From Eukaryota sp. GEM-RC1 (Eukaryota), in contig JAUFOQ010000003.1 in NCBI GenBank assembly GCA_040285855.1, forward strand, positions 2,170,001 through 2,234,000: a stretch of 64,000 nt of DNA, written 5' to 3'. Below, one piece after another: positions 1-13,232 of the stretch. The position numbers and the translations under genes were made by a program. Below the pieces are notes generated by a model that saw only the letters and a list, made by a program, of their open reading frames with translations, did no database searches and was not told the origin of the DNA. Positions within the stretch are counted from its first letter, which is position 1, and each line of letters opens with the position of its first letter.

Positions 1-3000
1 AACTTGAATTGTTTCTTGAATATGTGATGACTCAACATCCCAAGAAACAGTTGTTTCCTGTAACATCAAGGGAGCAAGTAGAGAAACGAAGCGATGAAGC
101 AGAAAGTTGAGACCAAACTGTTGCAAAACACTGGTATTGTAGCTCAAAATATTAAAATTTGTGTTAAACACAAGCTCATTTTGGGGGGCGAAGCGACCAG
201 CTGTTGAATCTAAAAACGGAGAATTAGCACGATACAGTAATTCATTGTGTGCATTCATTAGAAATTCAGACCTAAGCCGTATTCTATTACAACTTTCTTC
301 TCTAGTAGTTGGATTCATTGCAGCTTGTACCACTCTTCCAGTAATGAGATAGGGAAGTTTAGCACGATCTCCAGCTAATTGAAGTTGTCCAGTCCAAGGT
401 TGGAGAGCAAACGTGGCATAAATAGCAATAATAAAGAATACAGCGATACCAATAGCCATGCAAAAAAGAGCTACAATCGATTGATTGTGGAACTTCTTAA
501 CTAAAATAAGCTCAACAACTTGTTTAACATGAACTGCCATTTTTCTTTTGGGCGTGGTTACTACCATTAAAATATACAAAAACACGATCACAGTAAAACC
601 CGTGGCAATCATCAGTGAAATCTGGCAAATAGTAAATAGAGTTGGATTTCTAAGTAATTCTAAGAACTCAACACTAGAAGCAACAAAGTCATTGATGGAA
701 CCTCGTAAATAAAGATTCATAGCGTGGGCAGGTATTGGCAGGAAGTGTCTTCCCATAGTAGTATGTTGAGCAAGAAGAAGTTGGTCAGAAGAAGATCGAG
801 ATAGGTCAAAGGTTTTGTTGGTATAGCGTTCAATCAGAGGCATTTTGCGTTGTTGAATAATTTTCTGATGACTGTTTTCCTCAGTGGCTATATCCCAGTC
901 AATATCATCTAGTTCAGGAGTAAGAGAAGAAGGGACTTCGTAGTGGCTGCAGGCCAATACAAGGGCAATGTCTTGAACACGGAAAACCTTATCAAAATCA
1001 GCGAAAACATTGGTGAATGAATTTTGAAGTTTTGAAAGGGAACCTTCAAGTGGAGAATCGTCAAATTTAGAAAACATTGATACTAACTCTCCAAGTGAAT
1101 CAAGTAGTTGTTGTCTAGTATTTCTATACTCTCTATAAGTGTTGAAATTCCCTGATAAAATGAATCTATCACAGAAATACCTCAACTTAGCAAACAGAAA
1201 TTTACACGCAGAAACTTGAGATATGACATCATCAGTAATTGTATCAGTTTCATCCCAATTAGAAAGAACTTTTCTGCCATAAAGAGCGGAAAAGAAAATA
1301 ATCAACAATACAAGTACTGGTACTGCGAGTAAAACCAACAAGGAAATTTTGTTTGGGAACCGGTTCAAAAACTTTACTACAAGGATGCCTGTACAAGTCA
1401 AAAACATTACTGCAAGAATAGCAAATATGGTAAGTAGAAATCGTTGATTACTGAATAATCTCGCTGTTTCCTGTCTGGACTCAACATCAAATAACTGAGA
1501 AGTCTTATATAAAACATTGGCAATTGAATCAAGGTGATTGTGATACCTAGAAGAGCTCACAGTTTCCTTTGCGATAACATATTTTTCAGAAGAGGAAAGT
1601 GACGAATCGTGAGTGTGATTAGTATACCAATTAGAGTAACCGTCATATTCAACACGTTCATAATTGATAGATTGCTCACTTTGAATATCATATTGATAAT
1701 CATAAACATAAGACACGTCATCACGAGTGTGATTGAATACTTGACTGGCAAGTGATTGACTGACACGATGGTAATGAGATAAAATATCAAGGGATTCTTG
1801 TGGTGCAGCCAGTTGAGTCTTAATATCAGCTGAAACACGTGTGGAATAAAAAAAGTTATCAGCCAAGATTCTTCTTCTGTCCGATTCCACAAAGCCCCAG
1901 TAACTTTGATACCAAAAGAGATCACCAGTGGCAACAAAGGAAAATGTTCGAGAAGTGGACATGAAATCCATGACAATCAAATCGCCAGCCACGACATCAA
2001 GCTTAAAATTCTCATTGATGTTAAGAAAGAGCTCATCTTGATTGGAAGAATAGCTCATGAAGACAACTACCATAACTGACACCAAGATAAACATAGAAAA
2101 ACTTAAACCTAACAATAAAAACTTGTCTTTGAGCTCAACAGCATTTGATTGCTCAACGTGATCATCACTGTCAAGAATTAACGCAACACTTGCATCTTCC
2201 ATTTCCTCAACTTCCCCTTCACCATCGCTATTAGAATGTTTGGATGCAACAGCATCGAAGTCATTATCACTATCTTGATAATGGCCTGCACCAGAAGATT
2301 TGAAACGTGACTGAAGGTCAGAAACAATACGACGACACGTGTCCTTGGGCACCCATAAGAAAAGGTTTAAAACCCCTTGCCGTTCCACAGAGATTGAAAG
2401 AATAATTCTGTGAAATCCAAAAACTCCGATAACTACTAAACAACATAACACGATAAAAAGAGAAACAAAAGAAAGTAATCTTGAAATATTAAAAAAATCC
2501 ACTGAAGCGTTTAAAATTGTACTTCGGAACTCCTGTCCACCTCTATTCATCGTCCGTCTATTCTGAAGAATATAATTATAATGCTTGTTTTTGAAGAGAT
2601 TTTCCCCATGATATGACGTGACAAAATCCACCGCAGCCATGCTGTACCTCAGAACTGTTTCCCAGTAATTGAGAACGGTAGTGTGACTAAAGGGTGGGTT
2701 AGTACTGCGATAGGTTAAGGAAAGTAGATTGGGATTTCTAATGAATTCTTGTACCAATTCGTCATGTAATTCATTCAAAGGAGCCTCATTAACTCTAGGA
2801 CAAATATAAGAACTTGGTTTGGTAAGTGAATCAGAACCCATAAAGACTCTTCGTGCATGGTAACCTGAGATTAGAAAATAAAGAAAGAAAAAATACCAAT
2901 ATGTTCGGAGTCTTCTAGAATTTGGGCTTTGAAATGTGAGGCGTTTTTAAAGAAGTAGTGGCTATAAAGATGGACCTCTGGAACAATTTTGTTGGCGATT

Positions 3001-5138
3001 GCTAGAATATGACTGCTCTCAATCAGTTGTTGAGCTCTATTGGACACGCCATCCAACGTGATACTAAAGAAAAAAAAGGAAGCAAACGTCATAACTCCAA
3101 CCAAAGTGAATGAAATAAACATAATTCTAGAAAGTCTCTCAACATGCTGATGAGACTGGTCCTCTGTTCCTACTGACAAGGACAATCTACTCTTCCTTTT
3201 TCGCTTTCTCCGCCCTCCCTTAGTTATTGCAGTAGAGTAATCAGCACTGAAAGCTTGAGAAGGGGCTTGGGATCCTGTTCCTTCACTACCAATGGAAGAT
3301 TGCATCTCAATAGAATCTTCAATTAGCTTAGCTGTTTCTTCATCCATGTTAATCTCACGAATATACTTAGCATAGACTGAGAGAACTTCACGACTATCGG
3401 GAAAAGAACTCAATAGAGATTTAAAAATGATATCGGCCGCTGCTTTTAAATTTCGAAGTTTGTCAGTAATTGAAGGAAGTTTAGCTATGCGAGCATTATC
3501 CATAGTCAAAGTTTTCCAAAAATGAATGAGACACTCAAGACAATCTCGGTAAAGTTCCTTGGCTTCTCGGAGATTCTTCTGAAACAAAAGAGAGGACTTA
3601 GCATCAGCTGCTTCAGTTCCGGTGTTTGTCCGTCTTCTTAAGTCATCTGCACAAAGCTGGTAATAGTGAAGAAGATATCGATGACGTAAGTTAAGATCAC
3701 ACTCAAGTCCATTGATGAGTGATTTGATTGCAACCACTGCCAAATGATTTTCTCTGATAAATATTTCAAAATTAATTTTTGACAGCAATGTGTCTACATG
3801 CTCACTGAATCGATCACAAATATAATCAAAAATTAAAAATGCCAAATCTTTATCTTCTGGAGAGGCTTTGAGTGGTTTTGGCTGAAGAAATCGTGTGAAG
3901 AGCTCAACTTGCCAAACATGATTAATTGGCGGCAGTTTGATTGAAGAATCTGCCATTGTGGTTGTTTCAATAGCGGGAAGTTGCTTCTCTGACCAATCAG
4001 TATCAGATTCATCCATATCTGGCAACACTCCAACGGACAAAGAGTGTTGGGGAAGATTTGAGGAAGGTACAGACGTTGGAGTCTTTGAGGAGGGTCGGGA
4101 GTAGTAACGATTAATTGAATTCTTACAAATCAGATAAAAAATGATTGAAAACAAAACAACAAAGAATGTCCACGTGGCCAACACGACAGTGCCTTGATTT
4201 GATTGAGTGACGTGATTAGAGACGTAGAGAAGATTAATCAGATAACAAAAAGAGGTGGCAGTCCAAAGTGATAAAAAGATGACATACTTGAGATTCGAAT
4301 TAGATTTATAGAAGGGAAGTCGTGTTACAACAAGAAAGGGAATAAAGAGAGAGCAGAAAAGATAGACAGTGCGAAAGAGCCAAGGACGAAAGGGAAGAAA
4401 GTAGAAGATGATAAGTAGAACAGATTTAGAGAGAAACAACCAGAATTGAACATGAGAGTGTGCTCTAGCAAAGGGTCTTTTGGAACATGGATTACCATCA
4501 TAACAACACAGGTGATAGCAGAGAACACAACAGAATAGCAAGACTCCCAGTAATAGAAGAGAAGTTCGAATTAAAATGGACTGAATTCCCCAACAGTTTG
4601 ATTCATCGAAAAGGGTTCGAAAGTTGAGAGAAACGTCATCAATTTGAGGAGAACAGAACATCAAGGATAAGATAACGGATGTTAGTGGTATATAAAAGAG
4701 TGTACATACGAGATGGAACAATGCTTTAATAACAACGAGCTTGAGTGAGTATTCCAGATGTTCCTGTCCAAAAGCAAGGAAAATTGTGAGGGAGGTGAAA
4801 AACACAGCAATTGTGACAACTGTAGCAACGTATAGTGACCATAATCGAATATCAAACTCACTAGAGGTCAGTGGAACAGTAAGCCAATGAACGAATCTCA
4901 TGTCAAATAGGGAGTCCCACAGCGGGAAATTGTAGCGATTGAGTACGAGACCGATAATCTGCAATATCTCCAAAAGTAAGATCAATGTAGCGAAGAAGTC
5001 GAATCGTGTAACATCTGATGATATAGCTCGAAAGAGAAAGAATCCCTTTTGTTCCGCTTTTTGCAAGAGAGAAGTGCTTCGTATTCCAAAATTGGTTGTA
5101 GTATGCGAGTCCTCTGAAGCTTTCTGGAAGGCGCTCAT
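1..5138 (-). CDS. TmcB/TmcC-like multi-pass membrane protein, paralogue A (3' end runs off the window); one intron at 2865-2896
   Basis: ATG at 5138 (MSAFQK, aligns with MSSFQK of paralogue B). N-terminal multi-TM block, then helical 'LLSSFPDSREVLSVYAKYIREINMDEE' region typical of TmcB-like proteins, then further TM and extracellular segments. Collinear with 13233-18636. Splicing a 32-nt GT..AG intron continues the frame (HIG|YHARRVFMG). Confidence 0.7.
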
Positions 5139-5719
5139 ACAGAGGTCACAAGTGATGACCAGTATGATGTGTTTAATTTCCTTTCTCGAACCCTTCCACG
5201 TGTGTAACACGTTTCCTAGACATAGTACATGAAAACATGATGTTGCATTCAGCGGGACTATACTCTGCGTAGCCTTTGCAATTGTATTCTTCTTCGATGC
5301 AAATTCTTGGATTTCCAGTTTTGTTTATAACCAGTGACTTTTACCGTGATTGACCATGTATGTCTTTTGTCATACTGTTATCTTATTGTTTTATGCACAT
5401 TTGCTCTAACTTCGCCGTCTCGTATTTTGACCTGCTCTAGAAGATGAAGGTACATTAATGCTAATCATGTTGAGAACTGAGTCTTTGTTCACTGCAACTG
5501 GATCAAGACATGTAGTTTTATGATTAGGGGATACATGTTACAATTTCTGATACATCTCCATGTCAAAACATCGAAGTCGAATACACCAACTTCTCCATTG
5601 TCTCAAAAAGAAGTAGCATAAATGGTGTTCGATAACTATTATCTCCTCCGAAGAGAACGAAGTGAACAACTAATGTGTACAAGAAATGTACTGATAATAT
5701 TATATTATTTTTCCATAGA

Positions 5720-6460
5720 GTTTATTTATTTACAACAATAAGTTAATACATTCATAATGTACTAATTTAGGAAAAAAATATAAAAGCTTTATTCGGTACC
5801 CAATAAGGTAACCTTCCTACAAAACTATGAAATTGTAAAAACAAACAAATAATACTAAGATTAAATCCAAACGACTTCATCACCACCAGGGAAAAGATTA
5901 CGTTTTTCAACATTAACCAACAAACCCAACATGTACAATTTCTCAATTAATCGAGAGAAATAGAAAGGCATATTCCGATAGATGGAAAACACGATAAGGT
6001 TTTTCCATTCAGCCATTCTAAACTTACGCTTCTTTTCTTTACACAGTTCTTCGAAATCCTTGAAAAATTGATCACCAGCAGGACTAATCGATCCAAATAG
6101 AGAAACATCATATGGTTGAAACACAAATTTGGAATATGAGTTTCGATTTAATTCTTGTACTTGAGAGTCTTACTTGGAGTGTTTGAGCTTTTCAGCAGCT
6201 GTTAACGGATTAAAAGAAGATTATAATATCCTACTAACACAAGGTTTGTTACAAACATCAACTGTAGTAAAATCCATTAATGATTGACTCGATTTAAGCC
6301 ACGGAGTATGGAGATCCCCTCTTTTGTGATCAGTAATTTCATTTTCTGAAAGATGATTCAAAACTGGTTCAACTTTAGAGTGAAAACCATGTGCTTTAAA
6401 CATGGAATAACAAGAATCACGTACACCATCATGAATTACTGCACGTAAAAAATTTTTAGA
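5720..6460 (-). mobile_element. 5'-truncated non-LTR retrotransposon (RLE/CRE-like) 3' fragment
   Basis: Frameshifted pieces translate to 'IHDGVRD...KVEP...KRGDL...DFTTVDVC...EKLKHSK...FQPYDVSLFGSI...W', matching the R(H)D-E-RxD-D-K-P pattern of restriction-like endonuclease C-termini. The 3' UTR is shared with copies at 6893-7007, 7050-7185 and 24130-24240. Confidence 0.65.
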
Positions 6461-6892
6461 AAATGAAAGAAGTTAAATTGGTTACATCAACACTAGAATT
6501 ATCCTACTAGTATGCAACTCGGAATAAATTTTATTATAATATGGTGTGACCAAAAAAGGACCATGTGATCACATGTGAAGACCTTTTATTGTGATCCACA
6601 AGTAAGGTTCACATTATGGGAGCCTGATTGTATTTTCAACAATTGATTACGATGCACCTCATACTACTACATCTATCTGTTACTCAATCAATACTATTGT
6701 TTTAATTTGTGATCCAACCTTTTATTGTTTCTCTTTGAGGATCGATGAGTCCTGCAGGTGAACAATTTTCCAAGGATTTTGAAGAACTGTGTTAATGAAA
6801 GAAGCGTAAGTTTAGAACGTCTGGAAAAACCGCATTGTGTTTTCCATGTATCGGAATATGATTTTCTATTTTTCTCGATTAGTGAGAGAGAT

Positions 6893-7185
6893 GTTTATTC
6901 GGCACCCAATAAGGTAACCTTTCTACAAACTATGAAATTGTAAAAACAAACAAATAATACTAAGATTAAATCCAAACGACTTCATCACCACCCGGTAAAA
7001 GATTACGATTAGTTGCATAGCTTTGCAAGTTTGGTGTGAAGGTTAATATTGAAAAACGTAATCTTTTACCGGGTGGTGATGAAGTCGTTTGGATTTAGTG
7101 TTTATACTATTTACTAGTACACGTGTACTTGCTTTTACAGTCTCATATTTGTTTAGGAAAGTTACCTTTTGGGTACAGAATAAAG
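6893..7185. repeat. Two oppositely oriented 3'-end copies of the same non-LTR family forming an inverted repeat
   Basis: 6893-7007 is nearly identical to 5788-5902. 7050-7185 is a diverged reverse-complement copy (CGTAATCTTTTACCGGGTGGTGATGAAGTCGTTTGGATTTA). Confidence 0.75.
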
Positions 7186-7344
7186 TGTGTGTATACGATT
7201 GTAGTACATTAATTCATAAAATGAAAGACATTATCTTTCCCACTTCATGTTCTAGCAGCATATTAATTAAGGGAAATTGACATTTGTCGATAGACACATC
7301 AGATCTGGTCAAAATACATTGTAATGATCAATTTTTCTCGTGTC

Positions 7345-8461
7345 ATGAAACTGTTATTGCTTTTAGCTCTTGCTGCTGTGGTTTTTGCCAACCCTCAAAT
7401 CGTTTCCATTGTCAACTCCAATCCCACCTCCACATGGGTTGCTGGCGTTAATCCCAGATTTGTTGGTATGACTCATGAGGAATTGCGCTCTCTTTTGGGT
7501 TTGAAGCTCGACTTCATCAACCTTCCCAAGAAAGTTGAAGAAAACGCCAACCTCCCCGATACATTTGATGTCCGTGAACAATGGCCTGGATGCCCCTCCT
7601 ATTCGATCCGTGATCAAGGACGCTGTGGTTCTTGCTGGGCTTTCGGTGCTGCTGAAGTATGTCACATTTATCTTCTTATCATAGGCTCTTTCTGACAGAT
7701 TCTGTATTTCTCAAAACAAGAAGGTTGTCCTCTCCCCTCAATGGTTAGTTTCCTGTGACAAGTCTAACATGGCATGTAACGGTGGATGGTTAGATAAGGT
7801 TTGGAGATTCATGGCTTCCACTGGTGTTGTTGAAGACTCTTGTATGAAATACGTATCCGGACGTGCCGGTCAAGTCCCTCCCTGTCCTTCTCAATGTGAA
7901 GATGGATCAGCTCTTAAGATGTACAAGGCTGCTAATGCTTATGATGTTTCCTCTTCTGAACAAGCCATCATGTCCGAAATCCAACAATACGGTTCCGTTG
8001 AAGTCGGTTTCTCCGTCTACTCTGATTTCATGTCATACAGATCTGGTATCTATCATCATCAAACTGGTTATCTCCAAGGTGGACATGCCGTCAAGATGAT
8101 TGGTTGGGGTGTTGAAAACGGTCAAAAGTACTGGTTAGTTGCTAACTCATGGGGAACCAGCTGGGGTGAATCAGGTCACTTCCGTATCCGTCGTGGTGTT
8201 AACGAATGTAACATTGAATCTATGGTCACCGCTGGTCAAGCTGGAACTTCCGAAGGTGATTCCAACAACAAGTGTTCCAATTGCAAATCCGCATTAAAGA
8301 TTGTAATTGGAGTTGTTGAAACTGCAGCCTGTGATGGTTTATGTTCTTATCTTGGTCCCTTGGCTGGAGCTTGTAGTATTGCCTGCCATAAGATCGTCAA
8401 CAAGGAATGTTCAGCTCATGATTGTATCACTGAAGCATGTGAATTAATGCACTTTTGCTAA
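7345..8461 (+). CDS. Cathepsin B-like cysteine protease (no occluding loop) with C-terminal Cys-rich saposin-like extension; intron at 7657-7684
   Basis: Signal peptide [25 protein letters not shown] (catalytic Cys), GGHAVK (His), NSWG (Asn). Removing the 28-nt intron gtatgt...tcatag joins [11 protein letters not shown] in frame. Confidence 0.93.
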
Positions 8462-9143
8462 ATTTATTATTGCTCTGTAAATTCTGTGTATTAAAAACAT
8501 TTGTCATTATTTTAATTAATTGGATCTTCATGTAATGCATACGGTATGCATCATACCATATTCATTGTTGAGGTGTATGTTTGAACAGTCTACTCTTTCT
8601 GTATTGTATCAAATAAACACTATATCCAAAGTTAGTTAGTCTGGATGCGTATTTGTATTCATGTCTCACACAAACAGCGTTATGATCCGTCCAAATTTAG
8701 TTACAGTAATGGTTGCATGGAATTAACCTGTGTACATGACTATGTATTGTACGGTACTCTGTTTTGGTATGATTTGTATTGGTATTTTTTCAACTGCTGA
8801 ATACTACAGTATCTGTAGAGGAGCTACTCCTCTACTAGTAGTACTACTAGTATCATCGTCAATAATATCAATAACACTGACATCTGTCCAATTTCCGGAT
8901 CACGATCGTCTCGTTTTTTCTCCAGAGTTTAATAGCGTTCCTGTTCAGTTGATCAGAAAGCAACGCTAGAAGGTGAACTCCTGATTCGTCCTTTCTAAAC
9001 CTGGACACATTAAATCGAGAAAGACCCTGCAATGGCATGTCAGTCAACAATCACAGTGTACGTATCTCTATAAATTCTGCAATAAATACGCATTTATTTT
9101 CAAAAAAATGCAAAAAAATGATAGGGTTACGTGAGAAGTACAA

Positions 9144-10256
9144 CTACTCAATATAATTCTTGTAAACGTAAGAAGACGTAAAAGCTTTCAACATTACAGT
9201 ATAGTCGATAACGAAGTTGAGAACTGATCCAACAGTCAGATCTTCATCACAATCTGTCACATCAACAATTGTATGATCCGAACTTCCACCTAACACGATT
9301 GCACCTTTGTTTAGTGGTTTAAGTCCAGACACTGCGATATCCTGTTCACCAACAGCCAAAATAGCTCTTTTTCTTATACCGCGATCTTTGAAGACTGGAG
9401 TTCTGCCAAATGCATCCTTACCTATTTCTCCTTGCGGAACAGATGGCTTGTCTTTTAGTTCCTATGATTACATTAAACATGGATGACATACTATTATTTC
9501 AGCAGATAAGGTGATGACTTGCTGGTGCATTTCTGTTAGATCCTTTCCAAAACAACACTCCCGACCAAGGAAAACAGCTTCCCCCAACCGCAGATTGGTG
9601 ATACCAGTGGGCATTGTTTTGTTGAGGACAAGATGAATACTACTTGAATTGCCACCAGAAACGAGCGACAACTTCTTTTCAGTGACGGTTTCAATTTGGT
9701 TTACAAGTGAGACTAGTTGTGATAGATTTGTTGGAGACGGCATCACACCACCGAAGCAGGTAAGATTGACTCCCAGGCCAACAACACTGACATTAGACAG
9801 AACAGAAGCCTTCTTTGCGATACTCAAGACATCCTTAGGCAATATTCCTTCACGCAAGTCGCCTAAATCAGCCATGAGAACCACATTAATGTTACGTCGT
9901 TGGCGAACACATTCAGTATTGAGGGCTTCAATAGTTGCTAATTCAGATATGAGAACATTGTCTACAACTGATACCACTTCCCTTAACTCTGACAACATTG
10001 GTAAACGCAATAGTGTCAGCTTACACTGTTGTTTAAAAAACGATCTGAGCTTTTTGAGATTTGCCATTCTGCTGTCCGCAAAGGAAGACGCACCAGCAGA
10101 TAGCAAAGTCTCACAAACACGTAGATCTGCACAGACGCCCTTGACAACAACATCGATGTTGATGTCAAGGCGTTTGTTAAGACGTTGAAGGTAGGCGACA
10201 TTTTGACGAAGCTGGGGTAGATTAATGTTAACACACGGGTAACAGTTTTGTAACAT
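9144..10256 (-). CDS. PLP-dependent alanine/ornithine racemase family enzyme (Orr-like); intron at 9462-9491
   Basis: Motifs VVKG (PLP Lys), ADSR, LRLPMLSE, DLGDLREG, GVNLTC, SGGNSSS, NLRLGE, KPSVP.GEIG.DAFG and GSSDH, as in clostridial ornithine racemase. A 30-nt intron containing an in-frame TAA joins AEII|ELKDKPS. Confidence 0.88.
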
Positions 10257-10609
10257 GGAGTAGAGAAAGAGAGAAATGGTATTTTCAATAAGATTGGTCT
10301 AGGTGCAATGTCATGTATATTTACCAATATGCTTGATTGTTGTGGGACAGCTCATGTTATGGACCCAACTGCTTGGTACGTGCTGTGTTTTCCGTATTGA
10401 TGTCATTTCATGTTGCCTACTCCATAAACAATTAAAACTAATGTAATAAACATTACATTTATAAACAAATTTTCCTAACAAAAAAATGTAATAAACCTGA
10501 CCCTAATCAGAGATTTGAGAAATGTTCTGAGAAAACAAGAGAAATAACATATAATTATACAAGAACCTGAAGAAGACAAAAAAATACCGCTAAATATAAA
10601 ACTACAATG

Positions 10610-12775
10610 TCATTCCAAAGCGTCCGCAACGCTTTGAATACACTGTTGTAGAAACAGAGCTTCTTCTCTGCTACTGCATAGAAATTTTCTACTCAATTCA
10701 GCGTGGTGAAACTTTACCATTATCAAATTATTTGAAACAGTAATATTCTGCAAAGCTTTCAAGGGTTCTTCCCACTTAACTACCTTTCCACTAACATTCA
10801 GTATAGAATCAACAGTAATCACCATAGTCCTTTTTTGAACTTTCCCCACATCATTCACTTTCTCAATATCAAACACGTGTTTAAAATTCTTTTCAACATC
10901 CATTTGATCAAGATAAATCTTTTGAAAATCATTGATTTGGTTTACAATCATATCACGTTCTTCAGCATTCGAACAGTTAAAAACCCTATCACCAGCTTGA
11001 TTATTTTTGAGCCACTTCCCACTGACTTTTGACGAATTCTCATCATTCAACACCAAAACAAAACTATTCTCGTCCACCCCCTTACAACTCAACTGATACC
11101 ACGACAACTCAGTACAAATTGAAGGAGGATTCTCAGCTGTCAAATTCAAGACTGAACAAGGAGTTGGCTTTAACAACCTTTTTGAGTTTTGTTTTTCCTA
11201 TTAGACTTGATGACGTCATACCAAATAGTTCCATGTTTCTTAGAGCTTGGAAGTAGTGCTAGGTTTCGTAGTTCAGTTCGTTCTTCTAGTCCAATTAGAC
11301 TACCAAACAAACCCCAACCTAGGAATCGGTAAGATAATACATAGAAGGAATTGTTGATTTTTTCAATTATTTTTGATTGGAGAGTAGGTGTGGCCAATGT
11401 GAAAACAATCAATATTTGATTGAACACCCACGATGGCAGCACAGCCATCAACGACACCAAAAACCCCTTCAAAAACACCACGGACTTGCCATAAGAAGAT
11501 CCTGAAAGGTCAACAATCACTGCCTGACTTTCCTTGAACAAATCAAGATCAAGAGCATAAAGAAACAACGACACCGCTACAGAAGGGTGGGGAAATCACA
11601 TTGAATGAGATTCCTTACCACTATATACAGAGATCCATCACAATAATACAGAGGAGTGGCATCAAGATCACCAGAGAGAACTTGTGGGAGCGTGAGGGAG
11701 TGGCAAAGAGTGTGGTACTCAGTATGAAGTTTAACAATGTCGAGGCAAACTGATTGGTAGAACTCGTCATCGTAACAGTTTGATTCGTTGTTTGTGTAGA
11801 GACTTGGATCTTTTAGACAGTTTAAAAGAGTGTAGACAGACCAGGATAAAGATGGATCTTGAAATGATGAAAAGAACTTCAAAAGAACTCTTTCCCATAA
11901 GAATTGTACAAATTCAAAATTATCTTACAATCCTCAACTAGAGATGATGAAGCACCGGTCATAATCTCCTCAATCAACCCATGATTAGGGTCAAAAACGA
12001 CAGGAGTCAATAGATCTGAAAACTCAAGACCTAATACGTCATCATAAGTAGACTTGATGAACCGTACCATGTTACTTCTCAACTTGTTCAATTCCACTCC
12101 ACATCCATACTTGATATCAGGCTGACTATTAGCTGTAGATTGCAGTAGTTTAGCAACTGAAATGAGGTTGGAACGGGAATGAGGTTTCAGAGAGCTGTTA
12201 GATCTAGCAAAGGAAACAATGTAAGGAGAAACCAATCTAAGCATGACGATTCCCCCTAGAATTGCACTGGAAGTGATGTCAGGAATTTCAGGATGTTGGG
12301 AAAGAGATTCGTGAATGGAAAAAGGAGAGCAGAAATTCCACGGTGGAATCGGTTGTTGTTTAGAAGTGAGATGAGAGTGTCGAGAATCAAAGAAGTGTGG
12401 TTGAGGAGCTGAAAGAAGTGATTCTGGGCTTCCGTTTCATTTGCGTTGTTGGTGAAGCGAAGTTCATAGGGAATGTCAATAACATCTTGAAGAAGTGAAT
12501 CGATGCCAGAGACATAGGAGTTCCCCAATTCACAGACAAAAGAGGAAACGAGTTTGGGGGATATTGCGTTTCCCCCTGAGGAATGTGTTTAAGTTGTCAA
12601 CATCCAACTCTTGCAGGGTGTATCGAATGACCAGAGAAGTGATACCTTCTCGGAGTACTGCACATACAGACTTTGATGCAGTAGCATACATCGCCTTTGG
12701 AACAGCTTGAAGTAGATGATGAACGATTTCACAATCATCAGCCAGAAGGGCTGCAACCAAATTATTGAGAGCCAT
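10610..12775 (-). CDS. RasGAP protein with downstream Sec14-like and PH-like modules (neurofibromin-core-like), split by several 1-nt indels
   Basis: 'NTFLRG(N)' arginine-finger motif and 'GIVMLRLVSPYIV' (FLRxxxPAI-like) motif. Six abutting ORF fragments run from 12775 to 10610. The C-terminal 'EKVNDVGKVQKRTMVIT' is PH-like. Confidence 0.65.
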
Positions 12776-13232
12776 TGATCAGATGAAGCAAGAGAAGAAA
12801 TTCAACCCTATGATTTATTGTCTATTTGGAGGGTTTAATCAATAGTGCGATGTACAATGAACATCAACTGATGTCAAGAGCAATGTCAAATGAATGGTTG
12901 TTATGATACCTGTTACGATTTGAACGCATATCACACTGCACTAAAACCATCTTGTCTGATACCTCAGTACAACCAAGGTGATTGTTGGTACATACTATAA
13001 CGAGAGGTACTGCATTCAATTCGTCAGTTATCTGTCATAAGTAGAAATTTCTAGATCAAACCGAACAGATCGAATGGCTATGTCAGCAACTCAATGTAAC
13101 AATAGCAGAGCTTTAGAGAATCGGGAAACATGATAAACAAAGACATCTAACAACTACTGATCTGTTGTTGCTACAATTGAAATTGGAGTAAATCAACACA
13201 TCACCAGTGCATCATCAGGTATACCCAATTAT

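Noticed and set aside
5139..5600. N-terminal extension of TmcB-like A, or a SWIM/MULE remnant
   Set aside because: Paralogue B starts at the equivalent Met (5138). Upstream frames contain stops and the Cys pattern is too weak to call.
9649..10188. Long antisense or alternate-frame ORFs (also 51078-51545, 1557-1976, 61588-61911 and others)
   Set aside because: They are shadows of real genes or elements on the other strand or frame, with no independent motifs.
9144..10256. Bacterial contamination or chimeric contig
   Set aside because: The gene contains a host-type spliceosomal intron and is flanked by eukaryotic genes of similar composition.
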